Below, piece after piece: positions 1 through 10,069 of a stretch of DNA of 64,000 nt. This DNA comes from Candidatus Omnitrophota bacterium (GTDB taxonomy: Bacteria > Omnitrophota > Gorgyraeia > Zapsychrales > Fredricksoniimonadaceae). Position 1 is the first letter of the stretch; every line of letters starts with the position of its first letter. The position numbers and the translations under genes are program-made. The stretch lies in assembly GCA_015233335.1 (NCBI GenBank), contig JADFXX010000001.1, positions 134,302 to 198,301 of the forward strand. Reading direction: 5' to 3'. The notes under the pieces are model-generated. The model was given only the letters and a program-made list of their open reading frames with translations, did not search any database and was not told where the DNA came from.

Positions 1-467
1 GAAGAATTCAGGTCCGTGTAGGTGCTGATATTATCAAAAACACGGATGATCTCATTTTCCACAAGACTGCGCTGGTTCTCCGGAATTTTCCGGGCCGCTT
101 CCTGCAATTGCTCGAGTTTCTGATAGCTTCCCTGCAATTGCTCCGGAGTATACCGCCGCTGAGGCTCAGGATCTATACCCAATGCCGCGGCAATATCCGG
201 ACTATTGATCAAGAAGATCTTGTCCTTAAGGGTGGCGCCGGGATTAAAGAAAAGCGATGCCAGCCAGCTTGCAGCCCCTTGCTTCCCATAATGGTCGTGG
301 CCTGAAAATCTCGTCAACATGCTCCTGGCAAAAGTATCTAAAGGTTTGAGCCTCCCGCCGTCAAGCACCGGAATATTCTGAAAATTCTTATAATTCCCAA
401 CCCCCGGCCCTGCCCAACTCGTACCTGAAAACAGCAAGCATAGAAACAGGATTAAAGATATTATCAC
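1..467 (-). CDS. Cytochrome c biogenesis protein CcsA/ResC-like, N-terminal part (continues beyond window start)
   Basis: Absent from the ORF track because no stop lies inside the window. My manual translation from GTG at 467 gives VIISLILFLCLLFSGTSWAGPG...IPVLDGGRLKPLDTFARSMLTRFSG, a signal-peptide-like start followed by a periplasmic N-domain as in long CcsA/ResC proteins. It sits directly downstream of a ResB-like gene. Start codon uncertain. Confidence 0.5.
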   Translation of the reverse strand, partial: MIISLILFLCLLFSGTSWAGPGVGNYKNFQNIPVLDGGRLKPLDTFARSMLTRFSGHDHYGKQGAASWLASLFFNPGATLKDKIFLINSPDIAAALGIDPEPQRRYTPEQLQGSYQKLEQLQEAARKIPENQRSLVENEIIRVFDNISTYTDLNS

Positions 468-492
468 CCTGTCATTACGAAAAGTCCCCATC

Positions 493-566
493 GTGTCATT
501 GCGAGGAGCGAAGCGACGAAGCAATCTCTTAAAAATGGAATTGCTTCGCTTTACTCGCAATGACAT
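493..566. repeat. Palindromic intergenic repeat, type A, full copy
   Basis: gtgtcattgcgaggagcgaagcgacgaagcaatctc ... gaattgcttcgctttactcgcaatgacat, between the resB-like and ccsA-like genes. An extra partial arm gtcattacga is at 471..480. Confidence 0.9.
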
Positions 567-580
567 TGACATGTTTATTT

Positions 581-1681
581 TCATACTCGGGCCTTTGCGA
601 TAAACGCTTGAATAAGATAATGCAACGCCAGTCCGAAGAAAACGACCAAACACCCTATATAAGGCAATATCCTTGCAAAATTTTTAACAACAGCCAAAGT
701 TGAATATTGCCTGCCCCCGTTATCAGCATCGTAAGATGCCTGATATAAAGTATAGTCCTTGTACCTCAAGGGATTATTCATGAAAATACGCGCCTGACGC
801 TCTGATGGGCCCATCGAAATCGTGACCGTACTTTCATAGCTTTTGGCCATCTGAGTGCCGGGATGAAACTCTGCTTTAAAATGGTCTAATCTGATTGTAA
901 ACGGCAAAGGATAATTTTTATGGCGCAGGACAAAATAATACGTCTTCCCGTCTATATTGACCGCAGTAGGCCCGGAATCGACTCCCGATAAAATTAAGGT
1001 ATGAGACTGATGGGCAAAGTTCAGATCAAAGATCCCTCCGGCAATGTTTTGATCACGTTCCTTCATTTGAGGCTGGGGCTTTAAAAGCGTTATCCCTGAA
1101 GCATTAAGGATATCGGACCTGTTTGGGACGCCTGGATCATTATAGGCATCGCTGTTTGAAAAGTACTTTTCAACCCTGATGCTAAAATCTTTGTTTTCAA
1201 AAGGAATATTTTGCCCTTCTTTAAAATCCTTAGCATCAAAAGCTGTCACCCGGCGGTCTTGGGACTGGTCCATCCAATAAGCCAATTCCCACTCCAAATA
1301 GGAAACAGAAACGTTCGTCGACTCTCCTTCTGCCAAGCGCAGGCTGGATTCCTGTGAGACATGGAACACCATAAATGCGGCCACAAAATATAGAAGAAGT
1401 CCGCAATGGGTGATAAAAAGCCCGGCGTTGGTCCATTGAGAGTATTTTTTAAAAGTCACAATGGTTGATGCGATCAAATTAATGAATAAAACCCAAAGGA
1501 CCAGTTGTGCGCCCGGGAAAGGGATAAATCCTGCGGCAAGAAAAAAGAAGGAATTAAAGAAACGCTCCTGTGCGGCATACAACCCCTGCCCAACCTGAGC
1601 GATCGTTCCCCAGAAGGTCAAAATAAAAAGCAAAAACAGGCAGACAACCGTGAGACGCGCCGAACTTAAAAATTTTATCAT
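581..1681 (-). CDS. Cytochrome c biogenesis protein ResB/Ccs1-like
   Basis: 366 aa. N-terminal TM helices (LTVVCLFLLFILTFWGTIAQ) and a C-terminal FMNNPLRYKDYTLYQASYD motif typical of the ResB family, followed by a final TM helix. Confidence 0.7.
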   Translation of the reverse strand: MIKFLSSARLTVVCLFLLFILTFWGTIAQVGQGLYAAQERFFNSFFFLAAGFIPFPGAQLVLWVLFINLIASTIVTFKKYSQWTNAGLFITHCGLLLYFVAAFMVFHVSQESSLRLAEGESTNVSVSYLEWELAYWMDQSQDRRVTAFDAKDFKEGQNIPFENKDFSIRVEKYFSNSDAYNDPGVPNRSDILNASGITLLKPQPQMKERDQNIAGGIFDLNFAHQSHTLILSGVDSGPTAVNIDGKTYYFVLRHKNYPLPFTIRLDHFKAEFHPGTQMAKSYESTVTISMGPSERQARIFMNNPLRYKDYTLYQASYDADNGGRQYSTLAVVKNFARILPYIGCLVVFFGLALHYLIQAFIAKARV

Positions 1682-2376
1682 TTCAATTTATTGACAAGTA
1701 TAGAGCTTATTAGTTTTAGGAAATTACCTTTATTTTGCTTCACAGAATCAATGGACCCCGTCATTTTAACGAAAACAGTAACAGCGTTCAGGGGGATAAC
1801 TGCGGCCATAATGCTTGGATCCGAAGACTTGGCCCCAGACTGCAACAATGAAAGATCAAAGGCCTCAACCGCGATACCATCCTTTGTTTTAAGCTCTTGT
1901 GCTGATTGCTTAAGCTGTTTGACTTGAGCAAAAGACGCCTCAAGACCGATCTGCCCCATCCAACGCGTCAAATTAGCTTCCAGACCGCCGGCAGGCCCTG
2001 TTAAGGCGATGATATAACAATCAATGGCCTTAGGATCCCCCGTCGTATGAAAAGTCGCCATACGCATATGGGAACCGGCCTCTTCCTTCCAGCCTACAGG
2101 ACAATCCCAATTTATCATTTTCTCTGATGCTGTCGCGGCCATAACACCCGCCATGGCAGTCATATTTAAACCGGCATGCGGGTCTGAAGGGTTCATAGCA
2201 GGCATGTTCATCCCTGTATGCGGATCCGCTTGAGAGGAATCAGCTTGGCGCGGTTCGATCTTAATTTCCGTGTATTGACGAACTTGCGGCTTCTGCTGGC
2301 AGCCGTAACCCAAGACAATCAAAATGCAAAGCATCCATACCATAAAAACCTTACCCTTACTCTCCTTTAATGACAT
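1678..2376 (-). CDS. Putative lipoprotein, unknown function
   Basis: 232 aa. Signal-like N-terminus ending LGYGC (lipobox-like). 4-nt overlap with the resB-like start suggests co-translation. Confidence 0.45.
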   Translation of the reverse strand: MSLKESKGKVFMVWMLCILIVLGYGCQQKPQVRQYTEIKIEPRQADSSQADPHTGMNMPAMNPSDPHAGLNMTAMAGVMAATASEKMINWDCPVGWKEEAGSHMRMATFHTTGDPKAIDCYIIALTGPAGGLEANLTRWMGQIGLEASFAQVKQLKQSAQELKTKDGIAVEAFDLSLLQSGAKSSDPSIMAAVIPLNAVTVFVKMTGSIDSVKQNKGNFLKLISSILVNKLK

Positions 2377-2439
2377 AACGGGTTACTATACCATTTTAAT
2401 CCGAAAATAAAATAAAAATATGCGAAGGGTATACGGAGT

Positions 2440-3153
2440 TTAGTGGGGCGAGAATTTCTTAAAAACCAGCTCTCCTATCATTTGGATCGTTTTAGCCGGT
2501 TTAAGCTTATCAACGTTAATGACCATATCATAAAGCAGAGGATCATCGATATCTTTTCCGAAATATTTCTTAACGTAATTCTTCCGGTCACGATCCTCTG
2601 TAAGGATAAATTCCTTGGCTTGAGGCTCAGTCATTTTATAGTATTCTTGAATATGCTCGAGGCGTTTTTCCCAGGGACTGATCAATCGTATATGGACCCC
2701 TCCGGGCAATTTAGCCGTAATAATGTTGGCCGCACGTCCAACCATGATGCAATAGCCCAACCGAGCCAGATGAAGGATGGTCTGTCCTGTTTTATGGACC
2801 AAGGAATTATGGGATGGGTGCAGTCCAAGTGTTTCTTCAACCAAATCTTGGATTTCAGAAACCGTAGTCTCTGATAAATAAGGAAGAACTGTTTCAGGCA
2901 AGTTATGTTCTTGGGCTATTGTCTTGATAAGCTCGCGATCAAATGCGGCCCAGATACATTTCGAACGTCTTTCATTTTTATTCAAATATTCGCATAGGGC
3001 TTTTGCGATCGTGAAACTATACGCGCCCGTCTGACGGGAGATGGTCACAAACGGATTCCCGGCACGCTTCTCCTTAGGCAGTCGGCTCTTTAAGGATTTA
3101 AGCTGGGAATTAATGTAAGAGTTATAATGATTCTCAAATACACTCATAAACAC
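2440..3153 (-). CDS. Cytidylate kinase-like family protein (AAA/Cytidylate_kin2-like)
   Basis: 237 aa. FVTISRQTGAYSFTIAKAL near the N-terminus and the overall length and pattern resemble the cytidylate-kinase-like family. Assigned by eye only. Confidence 0.5.
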   Translation of the reverse strand: MFMSVFENHYNSYINSQLKSLKSRLPKEKRAGNPFVTISRQTGAYSFTIAKALCEYLNKNERRSKCIWAAFDRELIKTIAQEHNLPETVLPYLSETTVSEIQDLVEETLGLHPSHNSLVHKTGQTILHLARLGYCIMVGRAANIITAKLPGGVHIRLISPWEKRLEHIQEYYKMTEPQAKEFILTEDRDRKNYVKKYFGKDIDDPLLYDMVINVDKLKPAKTIQMIGELVFKKFSPH

Positions 3154-3162
3154 TCCTCCCCT

Positions 3163-3265
3163 GTGTCATTGCGAGGAGCCCAAAGGGCGACCCCACCAGG
3201 TTGTAAGCAACCAAGCGGCGGGGCCAGTTGGCGAAGCAATCTCTTTTAAAAACGGGGTTGCTTTG
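3163..3265. repeat. Palindromic intergenic repeat, type A, copy with ~50-nt internal insertion and degenerate right arm
   Basis: gtgtcattgcgaggagc + insert + gcgaagcaatctc ... ggggttgctttgccc. Confidence 0.75.
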
Positions 3266-3267
3266 CC

Positions 3268-5328
3268 CTACTTAAGAACTATCCTCGCATCAACCGCATA
3301 AGAACCGCTTTGATTGCTAAGCAAAGGATTGATATCAATTTCCTTAACGTAAGGCGCCAGTTTTTGAACGGCGATCAAAGTCTTGACAATGGAGGGCTTA
3401 TCCGCGCTCATGCCGCGAAAACCTTCCAGGATCCTGCGGGCCTTTATCTCACCTATCAATCGTTCGGCCTCACCTTGATCAAAGGGCACCACCCGAAAAG
3501 CGACATCTTTAAGCGCTTCAACAAAAACCCCGCCTAGCCCAAACATCACGGCCGCCCCGAATTGAGGGTCGGTCGTGGTCCCAACGATACATTCAATGCC
3601 GGTGACCATTTGAATAAGATTAACACCCAGTAATTTTGCTTTCGGCTGTTTTTTCTTAATATTTTCCATCATCGCATTAAACTTATCCCTCAATTCATGT
3701 CCGTCACGAATATTCAAGACAACTCCACCGACGTCAGATTTATGCACAATATCGGGAGAGGCGATCTTCATTGCCAGAGGATAGATCTTTTTTTGGTCAG
3801 CGATACGGACCGCTTCATCAGCGTCTTGCACAAAAGCCCATGGCGGGGTGGGAACGCCGCAGAGCTCCATGACTGCGCGGGCCTCATGCTCCATCAATAT
3901 CTCTCTTCCCTCCTTGCGGACTGCATCAAAAATCTCATGGGCTTTTGCCGGAAGAGCTTCCACAACCGCCTGTGACCGGCCGCGCGCCTTAATGTCCCTC
4001 CACTTATAGACAGTTTTTAAAGCTGAGACCGAACCATCCACCAAACTGGAGGCAGGGATATGATGCGCGTTAAGATAGGTCAGAGCATCACGCGTGCGTT
4101 CGCCTCCGACCATGGAAACCACGACCGGTTTGTTGCGTCCGGCCGCCGTATAAAGCTCATCAATACATTTCGCGATATCCATAGGATCGGTCACCGCAGT
4201 TTCACAATAAAGCACAATCACCGATTTGACGCGCTCTTCAGCTAATGCAACTTTAAAAGACTGACGATACCCTTCGATACCGGCACCGCCCGTCACATCA
4301 ATTGGATTCTTAGTGCTTCCATAATCGGGCATGGTCGAACGGAATTTTTCCTCAAGCCATTGGGGATCATCTAAAATCTTAAGTCCCTGCGTTTCGCATT
4401 CGTCGGTCGTTGCGACTCCAATACCGCCTCCGTTCGTGATAATGAGGACATCATCACCTTTAGGGGAGGGCAAGGACAGCGCTCTTGCCCAGCTGAAGGC
4501 TTCGGTAAATGTCGAGGCGCGCATGATCCCCAGTTGATTAAATACAGCATCATAGATCTTATCCGAACCCGACAGGGAGCCTGTATGCGAGGCCGCTGCC
4601 TTAGCACCGCGGGCCGAACGCCCGACTTTCAAAATGACGGTCGGCTTTTCAATTTTGGTCTTAAGGAATTTGAAGCCATCCTTGATACCCTCCATGTAGA
4701 TAAGGATCACATCCACGTTCTTATCCTGATTAAAATAGTGGATCATGTCCTGTTCATCAACATCCGCCTTGTTACCGAGATTAACCAGCGCCGCAAGTCC
4801 GATCTTCTTCATCACCGTCCAGCCCATAAGGCCGATGCCCAATGCCCCGCTTTGGGTAATAAAAGCGATTTTGCCAGGATATATCTCTTTAGGACCGAAT
4901 GAAGCATTTAATTTAGCAGGGGCATACGCCAATCCAAAAATATTCGGGCCTAACAAAGCAATATTATGATCATCCGCGATCTGTCTTAACTGCTTTTCCT
5001 CTTCGATCTTGCCGACTTCACCAAACCCTGAGGTGATGATCGCAACGGCCTGGGCTTTACAACGCGCACATTCCTGCATCGCCCCCAAGACGAGCGATGC
5101 CGGGATAGCGATGATGACCATATCAACTCCGGGCGCCACATCACTCAGGGATTTATAAGCTTTATGGCCTAAGACCTCCGGCGCAGACGGGTGTACCGGA
5201 ATAATTTCTCCCTCATAACCGCCGTCGATAATATTTTTAAGGATCTGATGACCTATTTTTTTAGAATCCGGGGACGCCCCGATGACAGCTACGCGCTTAG
5301 GTTGAAAAAAAACACCGACATTTTTCAT
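3268..5328 (-). CDS. Acetyl-CoA synthetase (ADP-forming), fused alpha/beta (acetate--CoA ligase, NDP-forming)
   Basis: CoA-binding N-terminus (KRVAVIGASPDSKKIGHQILKN), succinyl-CoA-synthetase-like flavodoxin domains and a C-terminal ATP-grasp region. I prefer the ATG at 5328 (GAGAGG 6 nt upstream) over the track start at 5352, which lies inside a repeat element. Confidence 0.8.
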   Translation of the reverse strand: MKNVGVFFQPKRVAVIGASPDSKKIGHQILKNIIDGGYEGEIIPVHPSAPEVLGHKAYKSLSDVAPGVDMVIIAIPASLVLGAMQECARCKAQAVAIITSGFGEVGKIEEEKQLRQIADDHNIALLGPNIFGLAYAPAKLNASFGPKEIYPGKIAFITQSGALGIGLMGWTVMKKIGLAALVNLGNKADVDEQDMIHYFNQDKNVDVILIYMEGIKDGFKFLKTKIEKPTVILKVGRSARGAKAAASHTGSLSGSDKIYDAVFNQLGIMRASTFTEAFSWARALSLPSPKGDDVLIITNGGGIGVATTDECETQGLKILDDPQWLEEKFRSTMPDYGSTKNPIDVTGGAGIEGYRQSFKVALAEERVKSVIVLYCETAVTDPMDIAKCIDELYTAAGRNKPVVVSMVGGERTRDALTYLNAHHIPASSLVDGSVSALKTVYKWRDIKARGRSQAVVEALPAKAHEIFDAVRKEGREILMEHEARAVMELCGVPTPPWAFVQDADEAVRIADQKKIYPLAMKIASPDIVHKSDVGGVVLNIRDGHELRDKFNAMMENIKKKQPKAKLLGVNLIQMVTGIECIVGTTTDPQFGAAVMFGLGGVFVEALKDVAFRVVPFDQGEAERLIGEIKARRILEGFRGMSADKPSIVKTLIAVQKLAPYVKEIDINPLLSNQSGSYAVDARIVLK

Positions 5329-5373
5329 AATAGCCTCTCTGTATAACGTCATTGCGAAAACGGTTAAAACATC

Positions 5374-5465
5374 GTGTCATTGCGAGGAGCAAGGCGACGA
5401 AGCAATCTCTACAGAATTTGTTGTTCTTTCAGGGATTGCTTCCCCCTTCGGGCTCGCAAGGACAC
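5374..5465. repeat. Palindromic intergenic repeat, type A, full copy
   Basis: gtgtcattgcgaggagcaaggcgacgaagcaatctc ... gggattgcttccc..ctcgcaaggacac. An extra partial arm gtcattgcgaaaa is at 5348..5360. Confidence 0.9.
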
Positions 5466-5473
5466 TACCTTTA

Positions 5474-6475
5474 TTAAATTACACGGGAACTATAGCTTTG
5501 CAAAACTTTCATATAATTGGCCCGTTCAAAAGCCTCAGGATCAGAGCAGGATTTTTGGCTCATGCTTCCCTGCATCTGTGCAATCGATACATATTCATTA
5601 TTCTGCATCCATTCCTGCATGTCCTTTAAAATCGTGGCCGTACTGTCCACCCCGTCTTTAAAAAGCACGGAACAAAGCATGGTCACATCAGCCCCTGCCA
5701 TGATCATTTTAAGGGCATCTTGCGCGGTATGCACACCGCCTGTCGCGGCCAGAGAACATTTCAGGCGTCCATAAAGCAAAGCGATCCAGCGCATGGGAAG
5801 TCTCATGGCCTGCGGTGTACTCAAATGCAGGCTTGGCTTCACCTCGAGGTTTTCCAAGTCGATATCCGGCTGATAAAACCTGTTAAACAATACTAAGGCA
5901 TCCGCGCCTGCTTCGTCCACGCGCTTGGCCACATTCGCCATATTGTTAAAATACGGCCCAAGTTTCACAGCGACGGGAATACGAACGGATTTTTTGACAG
6001 ATTCAATGATGTCTAAATAAACCTTCTCGATCTCTTCCCCCGCCTGGTCCAAATCCGCGGGGATCAAATAAATATTTAATTCAATGGCATCAGCCCCTGC
6101 ATCCTGAATATGCTGAGCATACTTAGTCCACCCGCCCATAGAACAACCGTTTAAAGAGCCGATGACCGGAATACCGACGGCTTTTTTCATTTTGGCGATG
6201 TGGGCCAGATACTCTTCCGGGCCGACTAAAAAAAACTCGGGCTTAGGAAAATACGACAACGATTCGGCATAACTTTCCGTCCCGCGGGTCAAATGGTTCT
6301 CCAGAGAAAGGCTCTCTTGGATGATCTGTTCCTCGAATAAGGAGAAACAGACAATGGCGGATATCCCGCGATCTTCCATACGCCGGCAGGCATCAAGACT
6401 ATGCGCGATCGGCGATGCGGAGGCCACCAAAGGATTGCGTAATTTTAAACCCATATATTTCGTTGTGAGGTCCAT
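5474..6475 (-). CDS. Dihydroorotate dehydrogenase-like (DHOD/DHPD family) protein, PFOR-associated
   Basis: 333 aa TIM-barrel flavoprotein pattern (LRNPLVASASP...GADAIELN...ATGGV). Immediately downstream of the PFOR gene, a common pairing. Confidence 0.7.
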   Translation of the reverse strand: MDLTTKYMGLKLRNPLVASASPIAHSLDACRRMEDRGISAIVCFSLFEEQIIQESLSLENHLTRGTESYAESLSYFPKPEFFLVGPEEYLAHIAKMKKAVGIPVIGSLNGCSMGGWTKYAQHIQDAGADAIELNIYLIPADLDQAGEEIEKVYLDIIESVKKSVRIPVAVKLGPYFNNMANVAKRVDEAGADALVLFNRFYQPDIDLENLEVKPSLHLSTPQAMRLPMRWIALLYGRLKCSLAATGGVHTAQDALKMIMAGADVTMLCSVLFKDGVDSTATILKDMQEWMQNNEYVSIAQMQGSMSQKSCSDPEAFERANYMKVLQSYSSRVI

Positions 6476-6480
6476 AGGTT

Positions 6481-9400
6481 TTAAGTCCTTTCCGCAGCCA
6501 ATGTTTTATATAATTTCCAGCGTTCTTCAACATCATGCTGGGCCAAATCAAGCAAACGTTTGGCCTCTTCCGGGTTGCTTTTGACAAGCATCGTGAAACG
6601 GTTCTGACGATAAACAAATTCTTTCAGAGGGATGCTCGGTTCCGCTGAATCGATCTGCAACGGATTCTTGCCTTCTAAAATTAAAGAAGGATTATACCGG
6701 AATAAGGGCCAGTACCCTGCCATGACAGCAGTTTTCTGGTCTTGCAGACCGTTGATCATGTCGATCCCGTGAGCGATGCAATGACTGTATGCAATAATTA
6801 ACGACGGGCCATCATAACTTTCCGCTTCAAGGAAAGTACGCAAGGTATGCTCATCTTTCGCGCCCATAGCGACCATCCCCACATAAACATGGCCATAGGT
6901 CATCATCATGCGGGCCAGATCTTTCTTGCCCAAGGCTTTTCCTGCAGAAGCGAATTTAGCTACAGCGCCGCGCGGTGTTGATTTAGACGCCTGCCCTCCG
7001 GTATTGGAATAAACCTCAGTATCCAAAACCAGGATATTCACATTCCGTCCGGAAGAAAGAACATGGTCAAGCCCTCCAAAACCGATATCATAGGCCCATC
7101 CATCCCCGCCTATGATCCAGACGCTCTTTTTAACAAGCATGTCCGCGATGCTCAGCAGGTGCTGGGCATCAGGGGACTTGATCCCTTTTAATTTTTCTTT
7201 AAGCGCCGCCACACGATCGCGCTGGTCAAAGATATCAGATTCTTCCAACTGCTTGGCATGAACAATAGCATCGACCAAATCACTTCCGATCTCTCCTGCC
7301 AATTTAATACAGAGTTCTACAGCCTGTTCTTTTTGTTTATCCACGGCCAAACGCATACCAAGGCCAAACTCAGCATTGTCCTCAAAAAGGGAATTACACC
7401 ATGCCGGACCGCGGCCGTCCTTGTTCTTGGTATACGGCGTCGTCGGTAAATTCCCCCCATAAATGGAAGAACAGCCTGTTGCGTTACCAATGAGCATACG
7501 GTCGCCGAACAACTGGGTCGCAAGTTTAATATAAGGTGTTTCCCCGCAACCCGTACAGGCTCCGGAGAACTCAAAAAGAGGCTCTAAAACCTGTGATGAA
7601 CGGACCGCCGAGCGTTTAACCAGACGGCGGTTTATCTCGGGAAGATTAAGGAAGAAATCCCAATTCGCCTTCTCCTGTTCGCGGATGGGACGCTGGGGCG
7701 CCATGTTAATGGCTTTAAGTTTTGTTTCCGTCTTGTTCTTGACCGGACAAACATCAACACACAAAGCGCAGCCCGTGCAGTCTTCAGGGGCGACCTGCAG
7801 GGTATATTTCAATTCTTTCCACTGGATATCCCGCGCCTGTGTGGATTTAAATCCCGCCGGAGCGCCGTTTAAAAGCGGCGGCTCATAAACTTTAAAACGG
7901 ATGACCGCATGAGGACAAACCATCGAACATTTACCGCACTGAATACAGATGCTTTCATCCCACACCGGAATTTCCTGGGCAATATTGCGTTTTTCCCATT
8001 TGGCGGTCCCGGTCGGATACGTCCCATCGATCGGCAAACGGCTGACCGCAAGGCTGTCTCCCTGATAGGCCAACATAGGAGACAAAACGTCCTTGACGAA
8101 AGCTGGGGCCTGTTCGGCAACTGTACGGGAACGGGAATGACGGCTGGTCACCTGATGCGGATATTGAACCTCGTGCATATTAGCGATCGACTGGTCAACC
8201 GCGTTAAAGTTCATCGCCACGATATGTTCGCCTTTTTTACCGTAAGATTTTTGAATAAAATCCTTGATGGATTTAATGGCTTCTTCCCGGGGCAGTATGC
8301 CGGAAATAGCAAAGAAGCAGGTCTGCATGATGGTGTTGATGCGTCCGCCCATTTTGGCCTCCCGGGCCACTGTGTAGGCATCAATCACATAAAATTTCAA
8401 TTTTTTATCGATGATGCTCTTTTGGGCCTCCTGGGGAAGTTCGTCCCAGACCTTATCGTGGGCAAACGGAGCATTCAGCAAAAATACGCCCCCCTCCTGC
8501 ACTTTATCCAAAAGATCATATTTATCCAAAAAATCAAACTGATGGCAGCCGACAAAATTAGCCTGAGTGACTAAGAATGGCAGATGAATGGGTTTGGGGC
8601 CGAAACGCAAATGCGACACCGTTTGGGACCCGGATTTCTTAGAATCATACACAAAATAACCCTGAACAAAAAGATCGGTATTCTCACCGATGATCTTAAT
8701 CGTGTTTTTATTGGCTCCGACAGTGCCGTCTGCGCCCAACCCGTAAAAAATAGCTTTGACCCCATCGGCAGGTTCAATGATAAAGTTCGGGTCATAATCA
8801 AGGCTTAAGTGGCTGACATCATCATTAATACCTACGGAAAAATTATTTTTGGGGGCAGTTTTATTTAATTCGTCAAAAACACCCTTGACCATGGCCGGAG
8901 TAAATTCTTTGGATGATAGTCCATAGCGCCCTCCGATCAATTGAGGGGCCTTGCTAAAATGACCGCCGGACAAATTTCCGTAAAGGGCCGCAGCGACATC
9001 CAAATAGAGAGGTTCTCCGCCGCTGCCGGGTTCCTTGGTACGGTCTAAAACGGCAATGCTTGTAACTGTCCGAGGCAAAGCCTTGATCAAATGTTCGACA
9101 GAAAAAGGCCGATATAAACGGACTTTAAGGACTCCCACTTTTTGCCCCATAGCAAGCAGGCGATCAACAGTTTCCTGGGTCGTAGCCGCCCCTGAACCCA
9201 TGATCACAACGACCCTTTCGGCATCCGGATGCCCATGATAATCGAACAGATGATACTGACGTCCGGTCAGCTGGGCAAATTGATCCATGGTTTTTTGGAC
9301 AATCCCAGGACACCGTTCATAAAAAAGATTGCCCGTCTCACGGGCCTGAAAATAAACGTCGGGATTTTGAGTGATCCCGCGGATGACCGGATCATCCGGC

Positions 9401-10029
9401 GTCAATCCCCGCTTGCGATGGGCTAAAACAAGTTCCTCATCGATCATGGCACGGATCACTTCGTCCGAAACCTTTTGGATCTTGGTCACTTCATGGGATG
9501 TCCGAAACCCGTCAAAAAAATGGACAAAAGGAAGACGCGCCTGCAAAGTTGCCGCCTGTGCGATCAGGGCCAAATCCATCACCTCCTGCACCGTCGATGA
9601 GCACAGCATGGCAAATCCGGTCTGCCGCACGCTCATCACGTCGCTGTGGTCCCCGAAAATAGACAAAGCCTGGGTCGCTAAAGAACGCGCGGCCACATGA
9701 AAAACCACCGGACTTAATTCACCGGCAATTTTATACATATTGGGGATCATAAGCAGAAGACCTTGAGAGGCCGTAAATGTCGTCGTCAAGGCTCCCCGCT
9801 GCAAAGCGCCGTGCAAAGCGCCGACGGCACCGGCCTCACTTTGCATTTCCTGGACCAAGGGTGTTGTATTCCAGATATTCTTTTGATTATAACTCGCCCA
9901 TTCATCGGCAAGCTCGCCCATCCCGGACGAAGGAGTGATCGGATAAATGGCAATGACCTCATTGGTTTTAAAAGCAATATAGGCCGCCGCTTCATTACCA
10001 TCGATATTAACTACAGAAGAAGATTTCAT
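6481..10029 (-). CDS. nifJ: Pyruvate:ferredoxin (flavodoxin) oxidoreductase, single-polypeptide type
   Basis: 1182 aa. Two ferredoxin-type CxxCxxCxxxCP motifs (CIQCGKCSMVCP, CTGCALCVDVCP) and the TPP-binding GGDGWAYDIG motif. Unmistakable PFOR layout. Confidence 0.95.
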   Translation of the reverse strand: MKSSSVVNIDGNEAAAYIAFKTNEVIAIYPITPSSGMGELADEWASYNQKNIWNTTPLVQEMQSEAGAVGALHGALQRGALTTTFTASQGLLLMIPNMYKIAGELSPVVFHVAARSLATQALSIFGDHSDVMSVRQTGFAMLCSSTVQEVMDLALIAQAATLQARLPFVHFFDGFRTSHEVTKIQKVSDEVIRAMIDEELVLAHRKRGLTPDDPVIRGITQNPDVYFQARETGNLFYERCPGIVQKTMDQFAQLTGRQYHLFDYHGHPDAERVVVIMGSGAATTQETVDRLLAMGQKVGVLKVRLYRPFSVEHLIKALPRTVTSIAVLDRTKEPGSGGEPLYLDVAAALYGNLSGGHFSKAPQLIGGRYGLSSKEFTPAMVKGVFDELNKTAPKNNFSVGINDDVSHLSLDYDPNFIIEPADGVKAIFYGLGADGTVGANKNTIKIIGENTDLFVQGYFVYDSKKSGSQTVSHLRFGPKPIHLPFLVTQANFVGCHQFDFLDKYDLLDKVQEGGVFLLNAPFAHDKVWDELPQEAQKSIIDKKLKFYVIDAYTVAREAKMGGRINTIMQTCFFAISGILPREEAIKSIKDFIQKSYGKKGEHIVAMNFNAVDQSIANMHEVQYPHQVTSRHSRSRTVAEQAPAFVKDVLSPMLAYQGDSLAVSRLPIDGTYPTGTAKWEKRNIAQEIPVWDESICIQCGKCSMVCPHAVIRFKVYEPPLLNGAPAGFKSTQARDIQWKELKYTLQVAPEDCTGCALCVDVCPVKNKTETKLKAINMAPQRPIREQEKANWDFFLNLPEINRRLVKRSAVRSSQVLEPLFEFSGACTGCGETPYIKLATQLFGDRMLIGNATGCSSIYGGNLPTTPYTKNKDGRGPAWCNSLFEDNAEFGLGMRLAVDKQKEQAVELCIKLAGEIGSDLVDAIVHAKQLEESDIFDQRDRVAALKEKLKGIKSPDAQHLLSIADMLVKKSVWIIGGDGWAYDIGFGGLDHVLSSGRNVNILVLDTEVYSNTGGQASKSTPRGAVAKFASAGKALGKKDLARMMMTYGHVYVGMVAMGAKDEHTLRTFLEAESYDGPSLIIAYSHCIAHGIDMINGLQDQKTAVMAGYWPLFRYNPSLILEGKNPLQIDSAEPSIPLKEFVYRQNRFTMLVKSNPEEAKRLLDLAQHDVEERWKLYKTLAAERT

Positions 10030-10069
10030 TTTAATTCACCTCAAAAGTTAGGGGTTAGACACTGATGGT

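Noticed and set aside
108-305. 65-aa plus-strand ORF at the window start
   Set aside because: It is antisense to the partial CcsA/ResC-like CDS, which I translated manually and which makes biological sense next to the resB-like gene.
5374-5661. ORFs beginning MSLRGARRRSNL / MLRRFAPRN.. (also at 33990..34178 and 38060..38281)
   Set aside because: Their N-termini are simply translations of the palindromic repeat element (gtcattgcgagg..gaagcaatctc). The recurrence of the peptide reflects the DNA repeat, not a protein family.
7909-8574. 221-aa plus-strand ORF. The same applies to 20164..20769, 27137..27778, 31577..32116, 36330..36839 and other long plus-strand ORFs.
   Set aside because: All lie fully antisense to strongly supported minus-strand genes (PFOR, actin-like, HEAT, FeoB, permease). 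None has a recognisable domain.
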